The notes under the pieces are model-generated. The model did no database searches. It saw nothing but the letters and a program-made list of their open reading frames with translations, and was not told where the DNA came from. The position numbers and the translations under genes are program-made. 37,561 nt of DNA from Candidatus Scatovivens sp. (GTDB taxonomy: Bacteria > Bacillota > Clostridia > TANB77 > CAG-508): contig JAZSBZ010000066.1 in the NCBI GenBank assembly GCA_045602645.1, forward strand, positions 1-37,561. The letters run 5' to 3'. Of the stretch, positions 16,909 through 27,123 are shown one piece after another; position 1 is the stretch's first letter, and every line of letters starts with the position of its first letter.

Positions 16909-17412
16909 ATGAAGAGTATAGAGGATTTAGCGGCAGATAAAATATATGAACTTGTAAATTATTTGCTTGCAAAAAAAATAAAACCAGATATTAGTTTAGA
17001 TTCAGTAAGAAACCTAACAGAAGAACAAATAGATTTATTAAAATCAAAACTTGGGATAGAGGCAGTTATATTAGACATAGATGAAACAGTAAGAAAAGAA
17101 ATGAAAGCTATTCCAAAGTGTAATGAAGAATGGCTTGATATGTTAAAGTCTAAACTTAAAGTAATAGTTGTTTCAAATGGAGTAGATAGAGGAGTAGAAG
17201 ATTTCTTAAAATTAAAAGGAATTGATTATATTGGATTTGCTCATAAACCACTTAAGAAAAACTTTATAAAAGCTTGTGAAAAATTGGATGTTAATCCAGA
17301 AAATGTTTTAGTAATTGGTGATAGCTTATGGAGTGACATTTATGGTGGTAAGAGAAACAAAATGAAAACTGCATTAGTAAAACGAGTTGAAGAAGATGAA
17401 GTAGAAAAATAA
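16909..17412 (+). CDS. YqeG-like HAD-IIIA phosphatase
   Basis: LDIDET, VVSN, AHKP, VIGDSLWSDIYGG motifs. The start could alternatively be 16879. Confidence 0.85.
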   Translation: MKSIEDLAADKIYELVNYLLAKKIKPDISLDSVRNLTEEQIDLLKSKLGIEAVILDIDETVRKEMKAIPKCNEEWLDMLKSKLKVIVVSNGVDRGVEDFLKLKGIDYIGFAHKPLKKNFIKACEKLDVNPENVLVIGDSLWSDIYGGKRNKMKTALVKRVEEDEVEK

Positions 17413-17431
17413 AAAGAAAGAAGAGATAGTT

Positions 17432-18007
17432 TTGAGAGAGAATAAAGTGTTATATGGACTATGCAAAATTATATATAGTTCACTTATAAAAATTTTATAT
17501 AATCCAAAAGTATATGGAAAAGAAAATATACCAAATGATGGTGCTTTAATTTTTGCAGGAAATCATAGACATGCATTTGATCCAGTTGTTGTAATGAGCC
17601 AAACTAAAAGAGTTGTTCATTATATGGCAAAAGAATCTCTTTTTAAAGGAATCCATGGATTAATATTTAAATCAATTGGACTTATAAAAGTATATAGGAC
17701 AAAGAATAATCCTGTGGCACTTGTTGAAGCAGAAAATGTTTTAAAACAAAATGGTACAATTGGAATTTTTCCAGAAGGAACAAGAAATAAAACAGAAGAA
17801 GATTTGCTAAGATTTAAACATGGTGCTGTTGTAATCGCTAAAAACACAAATAGTAAGATAGTACCTTTTTATATAAATGGAAAATATAAAGTATTTAGAA
17901 AAGGTTTAGAAATTCACTTTGGAAAGCCTATTGATGTTAGTAATATGACAGTTGATGAGGCAAATGACTACTTAAGAAATGAAGTTTTAAAATTAATCAG
18001 AAAGTAG
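17432..18007 (+). CDS. plsC: 1-acyl-sn-glycerol-3-phosphate acyltransferase family
   Basis: NHRHAFD (NHx4D), MAKESLF, FPEGTR. Confidence 0.88.
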   Translation: MRENKVLYGLCKIIYSSLIKILYNPKVYGKENIPNDGALIFAGNHRHAFDPVVVMSQTKRVVHYMAKESLFKGIHGLIFKSIGLIKVYRTKNNPVALVEAENVLKQNGTIGIFPEGTRNKTEEDLLRFKHGAVVIAKNTNSKIVPFYINGKYKVFRKGLEIHFGKPIDVSNMTVDEANDYLRNEVLKLIRK

Positions 18008-18015
18008 GAAAAAGT

Positions 18016-18882
18016 ATGAAATATATATTTATTGTAAATGAAGGTGCAGGAAAAGGTAAATCTAAAAAAATAGTTCCTAAGATTGAAGAAGTTTGTAAAT
18101 CAAGAAATTATGATTATGAAATTAGATTCATAACTAAAGAAATGTCAGGTGAAGCAATTGCTAGAGAATATAGAAATGAGTCAAATGTTATATATGTTGT
18201 AGGTGGAGATGGAACTTTAGCAAAAACTCTTCCAGGACTAGTTGGAACAAAAAACAAGCTTGGTATTATACCATCAGGTTCTGGAAACGATACATATAGA
18301 ACAATTCAAACAATGGAAGATGGAGAGCAATTAATAGATTTAGGTAAAATTAATGATACATATTTTATTAATGTTGCATGTACTGGAATTGATGCAGAAG
18401 TAGCTAATAACTTAGATTTATTTAGAAATACTATTGTGCCATCAAGCCAACTTTATACAGTAAGTATTTTTTATACATTTGCTAAATTTAAGTTTAAGAA
18501 AATTAGATTAGAAACAAAAATTAAAACTATAGATACAGATTATACAATATTAAGTATTTGTAATGGTTCTTATTATGGAGGAGGATATAAAATTGCTCCA
18601 AAATCAAGATTAACAGATGGACTATTAGATATTTATTATGCAGAGAAGATGTCTAAACTTAAAATAATTCCTTTAATACTTAAACTTAAAAAAGGAAAAC
18701 ATGAAGGAAAAAGACGTATTCATAAGTTTAGATGTGATAAAGCAAAAATTACATTTGAAGAAGAGATAGTATTTAATGTAGACGGAGAAAAACTTGCGGG
18801 GAAAGAATTTGATATACAAGTAATTAATAAAGCGATTACTTTATACAATGATAAAAAGTTTGTAGAAGAAATTTTAAGTTAA
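18016..18882 (+). CDS. Diacylglycerol kinase family lipid kinase (YegS/BmrU)
   Basis: VGGDGT, IPSGSGND, NGSYYGGG, VDGE. Confidence 0.92.
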   Translation: MKYIFIVNEGAGKGKSKKIVPKIEEVCKSRNYDYEIRFITKEMSGEAIAREYRNESNVIYVVGGDGTLAKTLPGLVGTKNKLGIIPSGSGNDTYRTIQTMEDGEQLIDLGKINDTYFINVACTGIDAEVANNLDLFRNTIVPSSQLYTVSIFYTFAKFKFKKIRLETKIKTIDTDYTILSICNGSYYGGGYKIAPKSRLTDGLLDIYYAEKMSKLKIIPLILKLKKGKHEGKRRIHKFRCDKAKITFEEEIVFNVDGEKLAGKEFDIQVINKAITLYNDKKFVEEILS

Positions 18883-18916
18883 GCTAAAAGCCAGTGATTT
18901 ATTCACTGGCTATTTT

Positions 18917-19381
18917 TTATATATTAATTTTCATTGGAGTAAATCTTATTCCATCTTTAATAGTTTCTTTAGCTGTATCAATAAAACCAAGTTTATGATA
19001 AAACGCTACTGCATAGCAAGATGAATTTACCGTTATTTCGCGTGAGAATGAATTTAAACAAGAAATTTTTATTATATTATATAACTTGCTTGCTAGACCT
19101 TTTTTGTGATGCATTTTATCGATAAAAAGCAAGCAAATATGATTTGGATTTCTTAAGCCGATTACTCCTATAATTTTACCATCTAAAAAGCATCCATAAA
19201 GAGTGATTTCATTATTTAATAATTTGTTTTTAATATTATCTTTATCAATAAATTTATAAAATGAATTTATTCCTTCTTCTGTATAAAAAGGGCTTTCAAA
19301 TTCATCAAAAACTTTCTTTACAAGATCCATTGCTTCAGAAATATGAGATTCGTTTAACTTATCAAAAATATAATTATCCAT
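18917..19381 (-). CDS. GNAT N-acetyltransferase
   Basis: LFIDKMHHKKGLASKL acetyl-CoA motif, TVNSSCYAVAFYHKLGF. Confidence 0.9.
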   Translation of the reverse strand: MDNYIFDKLNESHISEAMDLVKKVFDEFESPFYTEEGINSFYKFIDKDNIKNKLLNNEITLYGCFLDGKIIGVIGLRNPNHICLLFIDKMHHKKGLASKLYNIIKISCLNSFSREITVNSSCYAVAFYHKLGFIDTAKETIKDGIRFTPMKINI

Positions 19382-19517
19382 ACTAATTCTCGCTTTACTT
19401 TTTTATAAATTTAATTTACTACAATAAAGAACAATATTCAATATTAAGGTTTAATATTATTCAAAAATATGTTATAATAAAAGAGTATAATAAGAATAAA
19501 AAAATTATGGAGGCGCT

Positions 19518-20852
19518 ATGGACATTAAACCAATAGTTGATTCATATAGAAGAGAAGATACTAGAGACTTAATAGATAAAATAGGTAGAATATGTAAGGC
19601 ACAATGTGGTAAATGGGATATGGGTATTGATGATAGTACAAAAGAGCTAACACAAATGCTTATATACGAGTATTCAACATCACTTGAGAAAATTACAGGT
19701 GGAAAATTATCTGCTGAATTTGTTATAAAAAAATTAACTGAAAATATGGGTGTTTTAAGATATGGTGATTTCAAAAGAAAAGTTGATGATCACATTAAGT
19801 ATGATAATTTATCTGTAACATCTAAAGAATATAAATTAGCAACAAGAGTACATAGAAAATTTGGTGCTCATCAAGTTACATATAATGATGAAACAGGAAG
19901 ACCACAATTTAGTGTCGTATTATTTGATGATAAACAAACAATGAAAACAAGAGATGGAGTTTGTCATAATCTTCACGGAATAGATTTATCTGATTTAGAT
20001 GGTATTAGACATACAATGTTCCATGAATGGACTCATATTTTAGAGAAATCATTCGTAAAAGCAAGTAGTTTGAAAAAAGAAGATATCATTTATCAAGATG
20101 GAGATTCTACATACATTAATGCTTGTGTTAGTCCTGATTTGAGTATGGAAGAATATAAAGCATTTATAGGTAGTGTTGATGATATATTAGCTTCTCATCA
20201 AGAAGTATTATTTGGTGGTATTTCAACAATAGAGATAAATGAAAAGAAAAGTCCAACAAGAAGAATAATGCATAATCAAATTAGTGAAGGTGCAACAGAA
20301 TATATTGCTCTTTTAGTAATGGATACTCTAGGATTAGAAGTGAAAGATAAAGATAGATATTTAGAACAAAGAAAAATGGTGGAAAAAGTATTTACATCTA
20401 TAGGTAAAGAAAAAGCTATTACTGATTATTTAACTTCATCAAATAAACTCATAACTTTAATGCAATCTAAGAGATTTGATGGAAAAAACATGCTTCACGC
20501 AGCAGATTCGTTTGTAACTAGACTTGGAAAAACAGAATCATTTTTCCACAGTAGAAGCACAAAAAGTGGAAAACCCAAAGAAGAATTTGATGCTATTAAA
20601 GGCAAGATTATGGAATTTTGGAAACTTGGAAAAATTCCATCAGAAGAAGATGTTGATGAATTCTTTACAGATGTAAAAGAACATATTGTTTTTTCAAACG
20701 ATGTATCAGAACAGTTAGGTAGGGGATATATAAGAAGAGCTTTAAGATATCCAAGTGATATGCTTGAATTTAGAAAAGCTTTAGATAGAGAATTTCCAGG
20801 AATAGAACCGCTAAAAACAACGGATGATTCAGAAAGTGAATATGGTGATTAA
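19518..20852 (+). CDS. Putative zinc metallopeptidase (HExxH with a distal EGxxE)
   Basis: FHEWTH and ISEGATE; no signal peptide; acidic tail ...TDDSESEYGD. Confidence 0.6.
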   Translation: MDIKPIVDSYRREDTRDLIDKIGRICKAQCGKWDMGIDDSTKELTQMLIYEYSTSLEKITGGKLSAEFVIKKLTENMGVLRYGDFKRKVDDHIKYDNLSVTSKEYKLATRVHRKFGAHQVTYNDETGRPQFSVVLFDDKQTMKTRDGVCHNLHGIDLSDLDGIRHTMFHEWTHILEKSFVKASSLKKEDIIYQDGDSTYINACVSPDLSMEEYKAFIGSVDDILASHQEVLFGGISTIEINEKKSPTRRIMHNQISEGATEYIALLVMDTLGLEVKDKDRYLEQRKMVEKVFTSIGKEKAITDYLTSSNKLITLMQSKRFDGKNMLHAADSFVTRLGKTESFFHSRSTKSGKPKEEFDAIKGKIMEFWKLGKIPSEEDVDEFFTDVKEHIVFSNDVSEQLGRGYIRRALRYPSDMLEFRKALDREFPGIEPLKTTDDSESEYGD

Positions 20853-20863
20853 TAGTAAAATAT

Positions 20864-20899
20864 AAAAAAAGTAGGTCGCGTGATGCGACCTACTTTTTT
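20864..20899. terminator. Bidirectional terminator
   Basis: AAAAAAGTAGGTCGC...GCGACCTACTTTTTT between convergent genes. Confidence 0.85.
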
Positions 20900-20916
20900 G
20901 TGTGTTGCGCTTGAGT

Positions 20917-21228
20917 TTAAGAAATCTCTTTATACAGAAGCGAGTCAGTGCTGAAACGAACTGAACCTTCAGACCAGGAATCCCATGGTGCTTCACCATC
21001 GAGAGTTTTCAGCTGTTCTGAGAAGTACAGCGAGTTAGAGTCCGTGTAGCGAACAATAACAGTGTTGAAAGTCAAACGGGTGGTGTTGAAAAGCAACAAA
21101 ATGTCCCCGGTATGGAAATCTTCGGGATTGGCCTCGGTTAAAGGCTTAAAATTGATCTCCCGAAGGTAAGTCGGTAAGTAAGTGACAGCAGGCTGGAAAC
21201 CCATGAAAGGTACTGACGTTTTCGACAT
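20917..21228 (-). CDS. Hypothetical protein, 103 aa (GC-richer codon class)
   Basis: AAGGAGG RBS before ATG 21228; TTGACT/TATAAT promoter upstream. Confidence 0.7.
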   Translation of the reverse strand: MSKTSVPFMGFQPAVTYLPTYLREINFKPLTEANPEDFHTGDILLLFNTTRLTFNTVIVRYTDSNSLYFSEQLKTLDGEAPWDSWSEGSVRFSTDSLLYKEIS

Positions 21229-21407
21229 ATGGATGCCTCCTTTTTTAGTGCTAACTATTATTATATCAGAAAAAGGGGCAAAAGTCAAAAAATATGGAGT
21301 AAATGAGGCTTTTTAAAAGATATAGAATAAAAAAGAAAGATAGTACTAGGTCTATTTGCTCAGTAAAGACCAAAGTACTATCTTTTAGAAATATGAAGAA
21401 ATCTATA

Positions 21408-22061
21408 TTATTCGCCGAAAACAGCGATATAATCTTTTTTGAATTTTTCAATTCCAGCATCAGTTAAAGGATGTTTTAAACATTGTTCAATAACTTTAAA
21501 TGGAACTGTTGCGATATCTGCACCTGCTTTAGCACAATCAATTATATGAATTGGGTTTCTAACACTTGCACAGATGATTTCACAATCAATATTTTGCATT
21601 GCAAAGATTTCAGAAATTGTTCTTATTAAATCAATTCCTGGAGTTGCAATATCATCTAATCTTCCAAGGAATGGAGATACATAAGTTGCACCAGCTTTTG
21701 CAGCAAATAATGCTTGAGTAGCATTAAATATTAAAGTAACGTTTGTTTTAATTCCTTCAGCTGAAAGAACTTTTACAGCTTTTAATCCTTCCATTGTCAT
21801 AGGAATTTTAACTACCATGTTTTTATGAATTGCTGCGATTTCTCTTGCTTCTTTTATCATATCTTCAGCAGTTACTGTTGTTGCTTTAACTTCTCCACTA
21901 ATAGGTCCATCTACAATAGATGTAATTTCTTTAATTACTTTATTAAAGTCTCTTCCTTCTTTAGCAATTAATGATGGGTTTGTAGTTACACCACATATAA
22001 TTCCCATATCATTTGCTTTTCTAATTTCGTCTACGTTTGCTGTGTCTATAAAAAATTTCAT
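21408..22061 (-). CDS. tal: Transaldolase / fructose-6-phosphate aldolase family
   Basis: [20 protein letters not shown] Schiff-base lysine, [15 protein letters not shown]. Confidence 0.93.
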   Translation of the reverse strand: MKFFIDTANVDEIRKANDMGIICGVTTNPSLIAKEGRDFNKVIKEITSIVDGPISGEVKATTVTAEDMIKEAREIAAIHKNMVVKIPMTMEGLKAVKVLSAEGIKTNVTLIFNATQALFAAKAGATYVSPFLGRLDDIATPGIDLIRTISEIFAMQNIDCEIICASVRNPIHIIDCAKAGADIATVPFKVIEQCLKHPLTDAGIEKFKKDYIAVFGE

Positions 22062-22293
22062 CTTAAAACCTCCTTAAATGATTTTGTATTTTTAATGTAG
22101 TTAGATAATATAATTAAATAAAAGAGAAATTATGAAAGAAATATAAATTTTGTGTGAATTATTTTTAAGACGTAAAAGCATGGATTTTAAAGGCGTTTAA
22201 AGAATTAGAAATTTTTAAATTGTTTTAAAATAAGTTTTTTGTGATAAAAATGAATGAAAGGCAGCGGAAGTCCGCTGCCTTTCTCGGCTTAGC

Positions 22294-22938
22294 TTAAGAA
22301 TACTTTTCCATTAGGATAGCGAAAGCTTCATCGATGTCAGGCTGAGTAGAGTCGAGAACACACACCTCAACACCTGCTTCTTCGAGAACCTCCAGCAGAG
22401 GATAGGTCTGTGTGTCGTAGACGTCGAGTCTCTTCAGGACTGTTTCATCTTCGTCGTCAGCTCTGCGGCTAACTTTGCCACCACACTTGTCACAGATACC
22501 GGGAACCTGAGTAGGCTTGTAGTCGTTCAGGGTATATGCTTCGTTGCACTTTTCACATACTACGCGATCACGTGCTCTCTGGAGAATTACTTCTCTAGGA
22601 GCGGTCAGTTCGATCACAACGGTAGGAACTAGATCTGCATCGATCATAGTCTTTGCCTGAGCAACAGTACGGGGATATCCGTTCATGATGAGGTTAACGT
22701 CAGCGTTCTTGATGCCGTTTATAACGACCTCGTTGATGATTTCGTCAGGAACGAGTCCGCCAGAAACCATGTAGGGTTCAGCTTTGAGTCCGAGCTCAGT
22801 GCCAGAAGCAACTTCTTTTCTCAGCAGATTGCCGATGGAGAAGAGTTCGTACTCACCATCCCGTTCCGCAAGGAACTTGCTTAGCCGGGTGTCTTTACCA
22901 ACACCGGGCATTCCAAAAATTACAAATGTGCTTTTCAT
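22294..22938 (-). CDS. adk: Adenylate-kinase-family protein with zinc LID and divergent motifs
   Basis: GMPGVGKDT, GGLVPDE, NGYPRT, CEKC...CDKC LID, RRADD; GGAGGG RBS before ATG 22938. Confidence 0.8.
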   Translation of the reverse strand: MKSTFVIFGMPGVGKDTRLSKFLAERDGEYELFSIGNLLRKEVASGTELGLKAEPYMVSGGLVPDEIINEVVINGIKNADVNLIMNGYPRTVAQAKTMIDADLVPTVVIELTAPREVILQRARDRVVCEKCNEAYTLNDYKPTQVPGICDKCGGKVSRRADDEDETVLKRLDVYDTQTYPLLEVLEEAGVEVCVLDSTQPDIDEAFAILMEKYS

Positions 22939-23083
22939 TTTGGGTAACCCTCCTTCAAATGTCAATTTCTTAAAAAGCTTTTCAATTATAACACAAAACA
23001 TAGCCATTTTCAAGCCATACAAGATTATATAAATCTTTCCTTGATTTTAATCAAATCTATGATAGAATTGAATTGGTGATATA

Positions 23084-23908
23084 ATGGATGATTTTAATAG
23101 AGATTTGGAAAGATTAAAGCTTAGTTATCAGACAGGTAAAATTGATGAAGAGACTTATAGAGCAGAACTTAGGAAATTTACTGATAATGATCTTTCTGAA
23201 GATGGAATAGAGCAAAAAAATACTAAAATTAAAAAAGAAAAAATGTTTAAAATTTTGGAATTCCTAAAAAGCTTTTGGTTACAGATTATCATAATACTTT
23301 TACTTATTATGATTGTTTGTAAGGTTACGGCATTTAAAGAATATGAACTTGTAGTAAGTTTCGATAGTCTTCCAGAACCAATACAATCAGACTTATTAGG
23401 TGGAAAGATAGAGACAAATTTTCTTACTAAAAAATTCGATATTATTTATGGGGCAGAATATACAATTTATGGTAGAGTTGTAGGAACTAGAACATTTATG
23501 CCGTTTAATGCAAGGGATTCAATATCTCCAATGGATATAGCATTATCATGGGGATTTGCAGCTCAAGATAGATATGACCAAAGAGTTACATACACATCGT
23601 TAATAAGTAGATTTTTAAAATATTGGGTTGAAGATGTATCTTATTTTAAAGATGTTGGAGGAATGAAGGGACTAGGAAATCATATATCTAATAATCACGT
23701 AATTCCTGCTGATAGTAAAGTAAGAACTTTATTTAAAAAAATAAAAGTAGATGACTTTATTAAACTGGAAGGTTTTTTAGTAACAGTACAAGATCCAACT
23801 ACAGGAGAGAAAATCTTAAATTCAAGTTCAGTAAGATACGATAGTGGTGGTGGAGCATGTGAAGTAATGTATGTTACAAACGTTAAATGGTTAAAAGAAG
23901 ATAGTTAA
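23084..23908 (+). CDS. Single-TM membrane-anchored hypothetical protein
   Basis: SHOCT-like N-terminus (YQTGKIDEETY), one TM helix, conserved-looking SNNHVIPA and GGGACE motifs. Confidence 0.75.
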   Translation: MDDFNRDLERLKLSYQTGKIDEETYRAELRKFTDNDLSEDGIEQKNTKIKKEKMFKILEFLKSFWLQIIIILLLIMIVCKVTAFKEYELVVSFDSLPEPIQSDLLGGKIETNFLTKKFDIIYGAEYTIYGRVVGTRTFMPFNARDSISPMDIALSWGFAAQDRYDQRVTYTSLISRFLKYWVEDVSYFKDVGGMKGLGNHISNNHVIPADSKVRTLFKKIKVDDFIKLEGFLVTVQDPTTGEKILNSSSVRYDSGGGACEVMYVTNVKWLKEDS

Positions 23909-23989
23909 GATCTAATTTTAAAAGTAAGGCTTAGATGAAATAATCTAGGCCTTTTTTGTATATAAATCAATGTTTTTATGCGTAAATTA

Positions 23990-24035
23990 TTGACATTATA
24001 AAGATATGATGGTAAAATGTTAACCGAAGTTAACA
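23990..24035 (+). promoter_or_regulatory. Promoter and palindromic operator of the regulator-sufC-sufBD operon
   Basis: TTGACA (23990), 17 nt, TAAAAT (24013); perfect palindrome TGTTAAC-CGAA-GTTAACA (24018-24035) over the start site. Confidence 0.75.
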
Positions 24036-24048
24036 AAAAGGAGAGAGT

Positions 24049-24507
24049 ATGATTTCTAAAGCATTAGAAGAATATATCAAAGCAATGTATGTTTTAAATA
24101 AACAAAAGGGTGAAATAAGAGTAACTGATATTGCTGAAAAAATGAAATGTTCTAAAGCAAGTGTTACAAAATCTTTGAATAGTTTAAAAGATAAAAATCT
24201 AGTAAACTATGAAGCTTATGGAAAAATTGAGCTTACTAAAGAGGGAACAGAGATAGCACAAAGAGCTTTGGAAGCATATGATATTGTTTATTTGTTTTTT
24301 AATAAACTTCTTGAACTTGATGAAGAAAAAGCTAAAAAAGAAGCAGAAAGTGTTAATAAGGTTTTAAGTGATGAATCATTAAACCTTATGGCAAGATATG
24401 TTCATAATGAGCTTGGACTTTCAAATTTAGATTGTAGATATGATTTAAATGATAAAAAGTGTAGAGATTGTGTAAAAAGAAATATAGATAAACTAGAGGT
24501 AAATTAA
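24049..24507 (+). CDS. DtxR/MntR-family regulator with a C-terminal Cys motif
   Basis: LEEYIKAMY, RVTDIAEKMKCSKASVT HTH, YGKIELTKEG; tail C-x8-C-x2-C. Confidence 0.85.
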   Translation: MISKALEEYIKAMYVLNKQKGEIRVTDIAEKMKCSKASVTKSLNSLKDKNLVNYEAYGKIELTKEGTEIAQRALEAYDIVYLFFNKLLELDEEKAKKEAESVNKVLSDESLNLMARYVHNELGLSNLDCRYDLNDKKCRDCVKRNIDKLEVN

Positions 24508-24519
24508 GGAGAAAACAAG

Positions 24520-25236
24520 ATGTTAGAATTAAAAGATATTTGTTTCGAAAGAGATGGAAAGAAAATACTTGATAATGTTAGTTTAACAATAGATGATAAA
24601 AAGTTTGTAGCTATTACTGGTCCAAATGGTGGAGGTAAATCTACTATTGCAAAAATTATAATGGGAATTGAAAAACCAGATTCAGGTAAAATTTTATTTA
24701 ATGGTGAAGATATTACAGATGCCTCAATCTCAGAAAGAGCAAATAAAGGAATTGGGTTTGCATTTCAACAACCAGTTAAATTTAAAGGAATAACAGTTGG
24801 AGACTTATTAGAATTATCTGTAGGTAGAAAAGTTAAACTTGCAGATTATTGCGATATTTTATCTTCAGTTGGATTATGTCCAAAGGACTATGTAAAAAGA
24901 GAAATAAATTCATCACTTTCTGGTGGAGAGTTAAAAAGAATAGAGATTGCAACAGTAGTTGCAAGAGGTACAAACTTATCTATTTTTGACGAACCAGAAG
25001 CTGGTATAGATTTATGGAGCTTTAATAACCTAATTGAAGTTTTTGAAAATATGTCAAAAGAAATTCAAGGTTCTATTGTTATAATTTCACATCAAGAAAG
25101 AATATTAAATATTGCTGACGAAGTTATATTAGTTGAAAAAGGTAAAGTTAAACAAGTTGGTAAAAAAGATGAAATTCTTCCAAGTTTACTTTCTTCAACA
25201 GCAAGAGCTTGTTCTAAAGTAAAGGAGGCAAACTAA
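24520..25236 (+). CDS. sufC: SufC-like Fe-S assembly ABC ATPase
   Basis: GPNGGGKST, AFQQP, LSGGELKRIEIA, FDEPEAGIDLWS; next to sufBD. Confidence 0.88.
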   Translation: MLELKDICFERDGKKILDNVSLTIDDKKFVAITGPNGGGKSTIAKIIMGIEKPDSGKILFNGEDITDASISERANKGIGFAFQQPVKFKGITVGDLLELSVGRKVKLADYCDILSSVGLCPKDYVKREINSSLSGGELKRIEIATVVARGTNLSIFDEPEAGIDLWSFNNLIEVFENMSKEIQGSIVIISHQERILNIADEVILVEKGKVKQVGKKDEILPSLLSSTARACSKVKEAN

Positions 25237-25237
25237 T

Positions 25238-26164
25238 ATGGCAGAATTAAATGAAACAGAGCAAAAATTATTAAATAAAATAATTGATAAGCATGAATTT
25301 AGTGATGGTGCATACAATATTAGAGAAAATGGTAAAGGCGTTTCAAGACAAACAACAAAAAACATTAATATTGTTAATAAAAAAGATAAACCAGGTATTG
25401 ATATTATTGTTAAAGAAGGTACTAAAAAAGAATTCGTACATATTCCTGTTATGATAACAAAATCAGGAGTAGAAGATTTAGTATACAATGATTTTTATAT
25501 TGGAAAAGATGCAGATATTACTATAATTGCAGGATGTGGTATTCATAACGATCATCATGCACTTTCAAGACACGATGGAATTCATTCGTTTTATTTAGAA
25601 GAAGGAGCTAAAGTAAAATATATTGAAAAACATTATGGAGAAGGTGAAGGAACTGGAGAAAAAATCTTAAATCCAGTAACTAATGTATATCTAAAAAAAG
25701 GAGCAACACTTGAAATGGATTCTGTTCAAATAGAAGGTGTTGATTCAACAGTTAGAGAAACATATGGAGAACTAGATGAAGATACAAACTTCACTGTTTC
25801 TGAAAAGATAATGACTCATGGGAAACAATATGCAAAGACAGTATTTAGTGTAAAATTAAATGGTAAAAATGCAAGTACTCATGTTATTTCAAGAAGTGTT
25901 GCAAAAGATGAATCATTCCAAGAATTTTATTCAAATGTAGAAGGTAATACAGATTGTTATGGTCATGTTGAATGTGATGCTATTATTATGGATAAAGGAA
26001 GAGTAAAAGCTGTTCCAGAAATTCAAGCAAATAGTATTGATGCTCGTTTAGTACACGAAGCTGCAATTGGAAAAATAGCAGGAGAACAATTAACAAAATT
26101 AATGACTCTTGGTCTTTCAGAAAAAGAAGCTGAAGCTAAGATTGTTAAAGGATTTTTAAAATAA
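25238..26164 (+). CDS. sufB: SufB/SufD-family Fe-S assembly scaffold
   Basis: IAGCGIH, GHVECDAII, HEAAIGKIAGEQLTKLMTLGLSE. Confidence 0.88.
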   Translation: MAELNETEQKLLNKIIDKHEFSDGAYNIRENGKGVSRQTTKNINIVNKKDKPGIDIIVKEGTKKEFVHIPVMITKSGVEDLVYNDFYIGKDADITIIAGCGIHNDHHALSRHDGIHSFYLEEGAKVKYIEKHYGEGEGTGEKILNPVTNVYLKKGATLEMDSVQIEGVDSTVRETYGELDEDTNFTVSEKIMTHGKQYAKTVFSVKLNGKNASTHVISRSVAKDESFQEFYSNVEGNTDCYGHVECDAIIMDKGRVKAVPEIQANSIDARLVHEAAIGKIAGEQLTKLMTLGLSEKEAEAKIVKGFLK

Positions 26165-26293
26165 AAGGTAGCTGGGAAAAATCCCAGCTATTTTTATGTA
26201 TAAAAAGGAAAAAGGCCTTAAGTGCAATTTATTGCAATCTTAAGGTCTTTAAAGTTGTTTGAGGTCGATTAGTAATGAGAGACATGTCTGGCA

Positions 26294-26995
26294 TTATCTG
26301 TTACAATAACAGCCAGGACATTGACAGTTACAATTGCATGCACTCGGGAGAATTACGTCTTCAACGTAACCATCATAGGCGACATAGTCGATAGAAACAT
26401 AACCGATGGTTCCATCAGAAATATCCTTGACACGGATGTAGCCATTTTTGACGGTAGGATCAACAATCTCTACGAGTTCGCCATTGTACAAGTACTTGAG
26501 TCGGTAACCTTTACGAGAGGGCTTCTTGCGAAGGTTGAGCTTCTTATCAGAAGTAACCACCAAGGTGGCGCCTTCATAGTAGAAAGTTTCTTCGCTGGAA
26601 GAAAAAATCTCATCGTAGGAAACTTCCTCGTCAGGCTCGTAAGTGAAGTTGGGGACCACGGGAGTGGTTTGATTCCCAAGAGATTCGAAAGCCAAGTACT
26701 CGCCGTAGACGTAGCATTCAAGTCCGGTTTCATCAACACGAACATGATAGTAACCGTTGCGGTCGATTTCACTGAGAATGGTGACGGTCTTTCCAGAAGC
26801 AAGCTTACCAATGATTTCACCCTGAGGCTCACGCCTGAGGTTGAGTTTGGAAGCATTGACGACGCGCGCAGTAGAATAAAGAGGCAAGCTCTCGTTTGCT
26901 GCTGCAACAGTGGTAGCCGTGATGGTGATGATCAAGATGATACAAATCACCAAAGTAAACATTCTGCCAAAAATCCGTTCCGCCTTCATATTCAT
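26294..26995 (-). CDS. Secreted protein with two SH3b domains and a Cys-rich tail
   Basis: Signal peptide; two LNLR...GY..V...GYV SH3b repeats; C-terminus ACNCNCQCPGCYCNR. Confidence 0.85.
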   Translation of the reverse strand: MNMKAERIFGRMFTLVICIILIITITATTVAAANESLPLYSTARVVNASKLNLRREPQGEIIGKLASGKTVTILSEIDRNGYYHVRVDETGLECYVYGEYLAFESLGNQTTPVVPNFTYEPDEEVSYDEIFSSSEETFYYEGATLVVTSDKKLNLRKKPSRKGYRLKYLYNGELVEIVDPTVKNGYIRVKDISDGTIGYVSIDYVAYDGYVEDVILPSACNCNCQCPGCYCNR

Positions 26996-27123
26996 ACCTC
27001 CTAAATATATAGTTGCGAGAACTACTTATATTTTACCATAAAAATGACAAAAAGTAAAGTTTTATGGTAACTTGAGGGCTTAAGCAGTTGACATAACTAT
27101 ATAAAATGTGGTATAATGATTTT

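Noticed and set aside
26321-27004. Overlapping ORFs 26321..27004 (+) and 26470..26907 (-)
   Set aside because: Shadows of the GC-richer SH3 gene.
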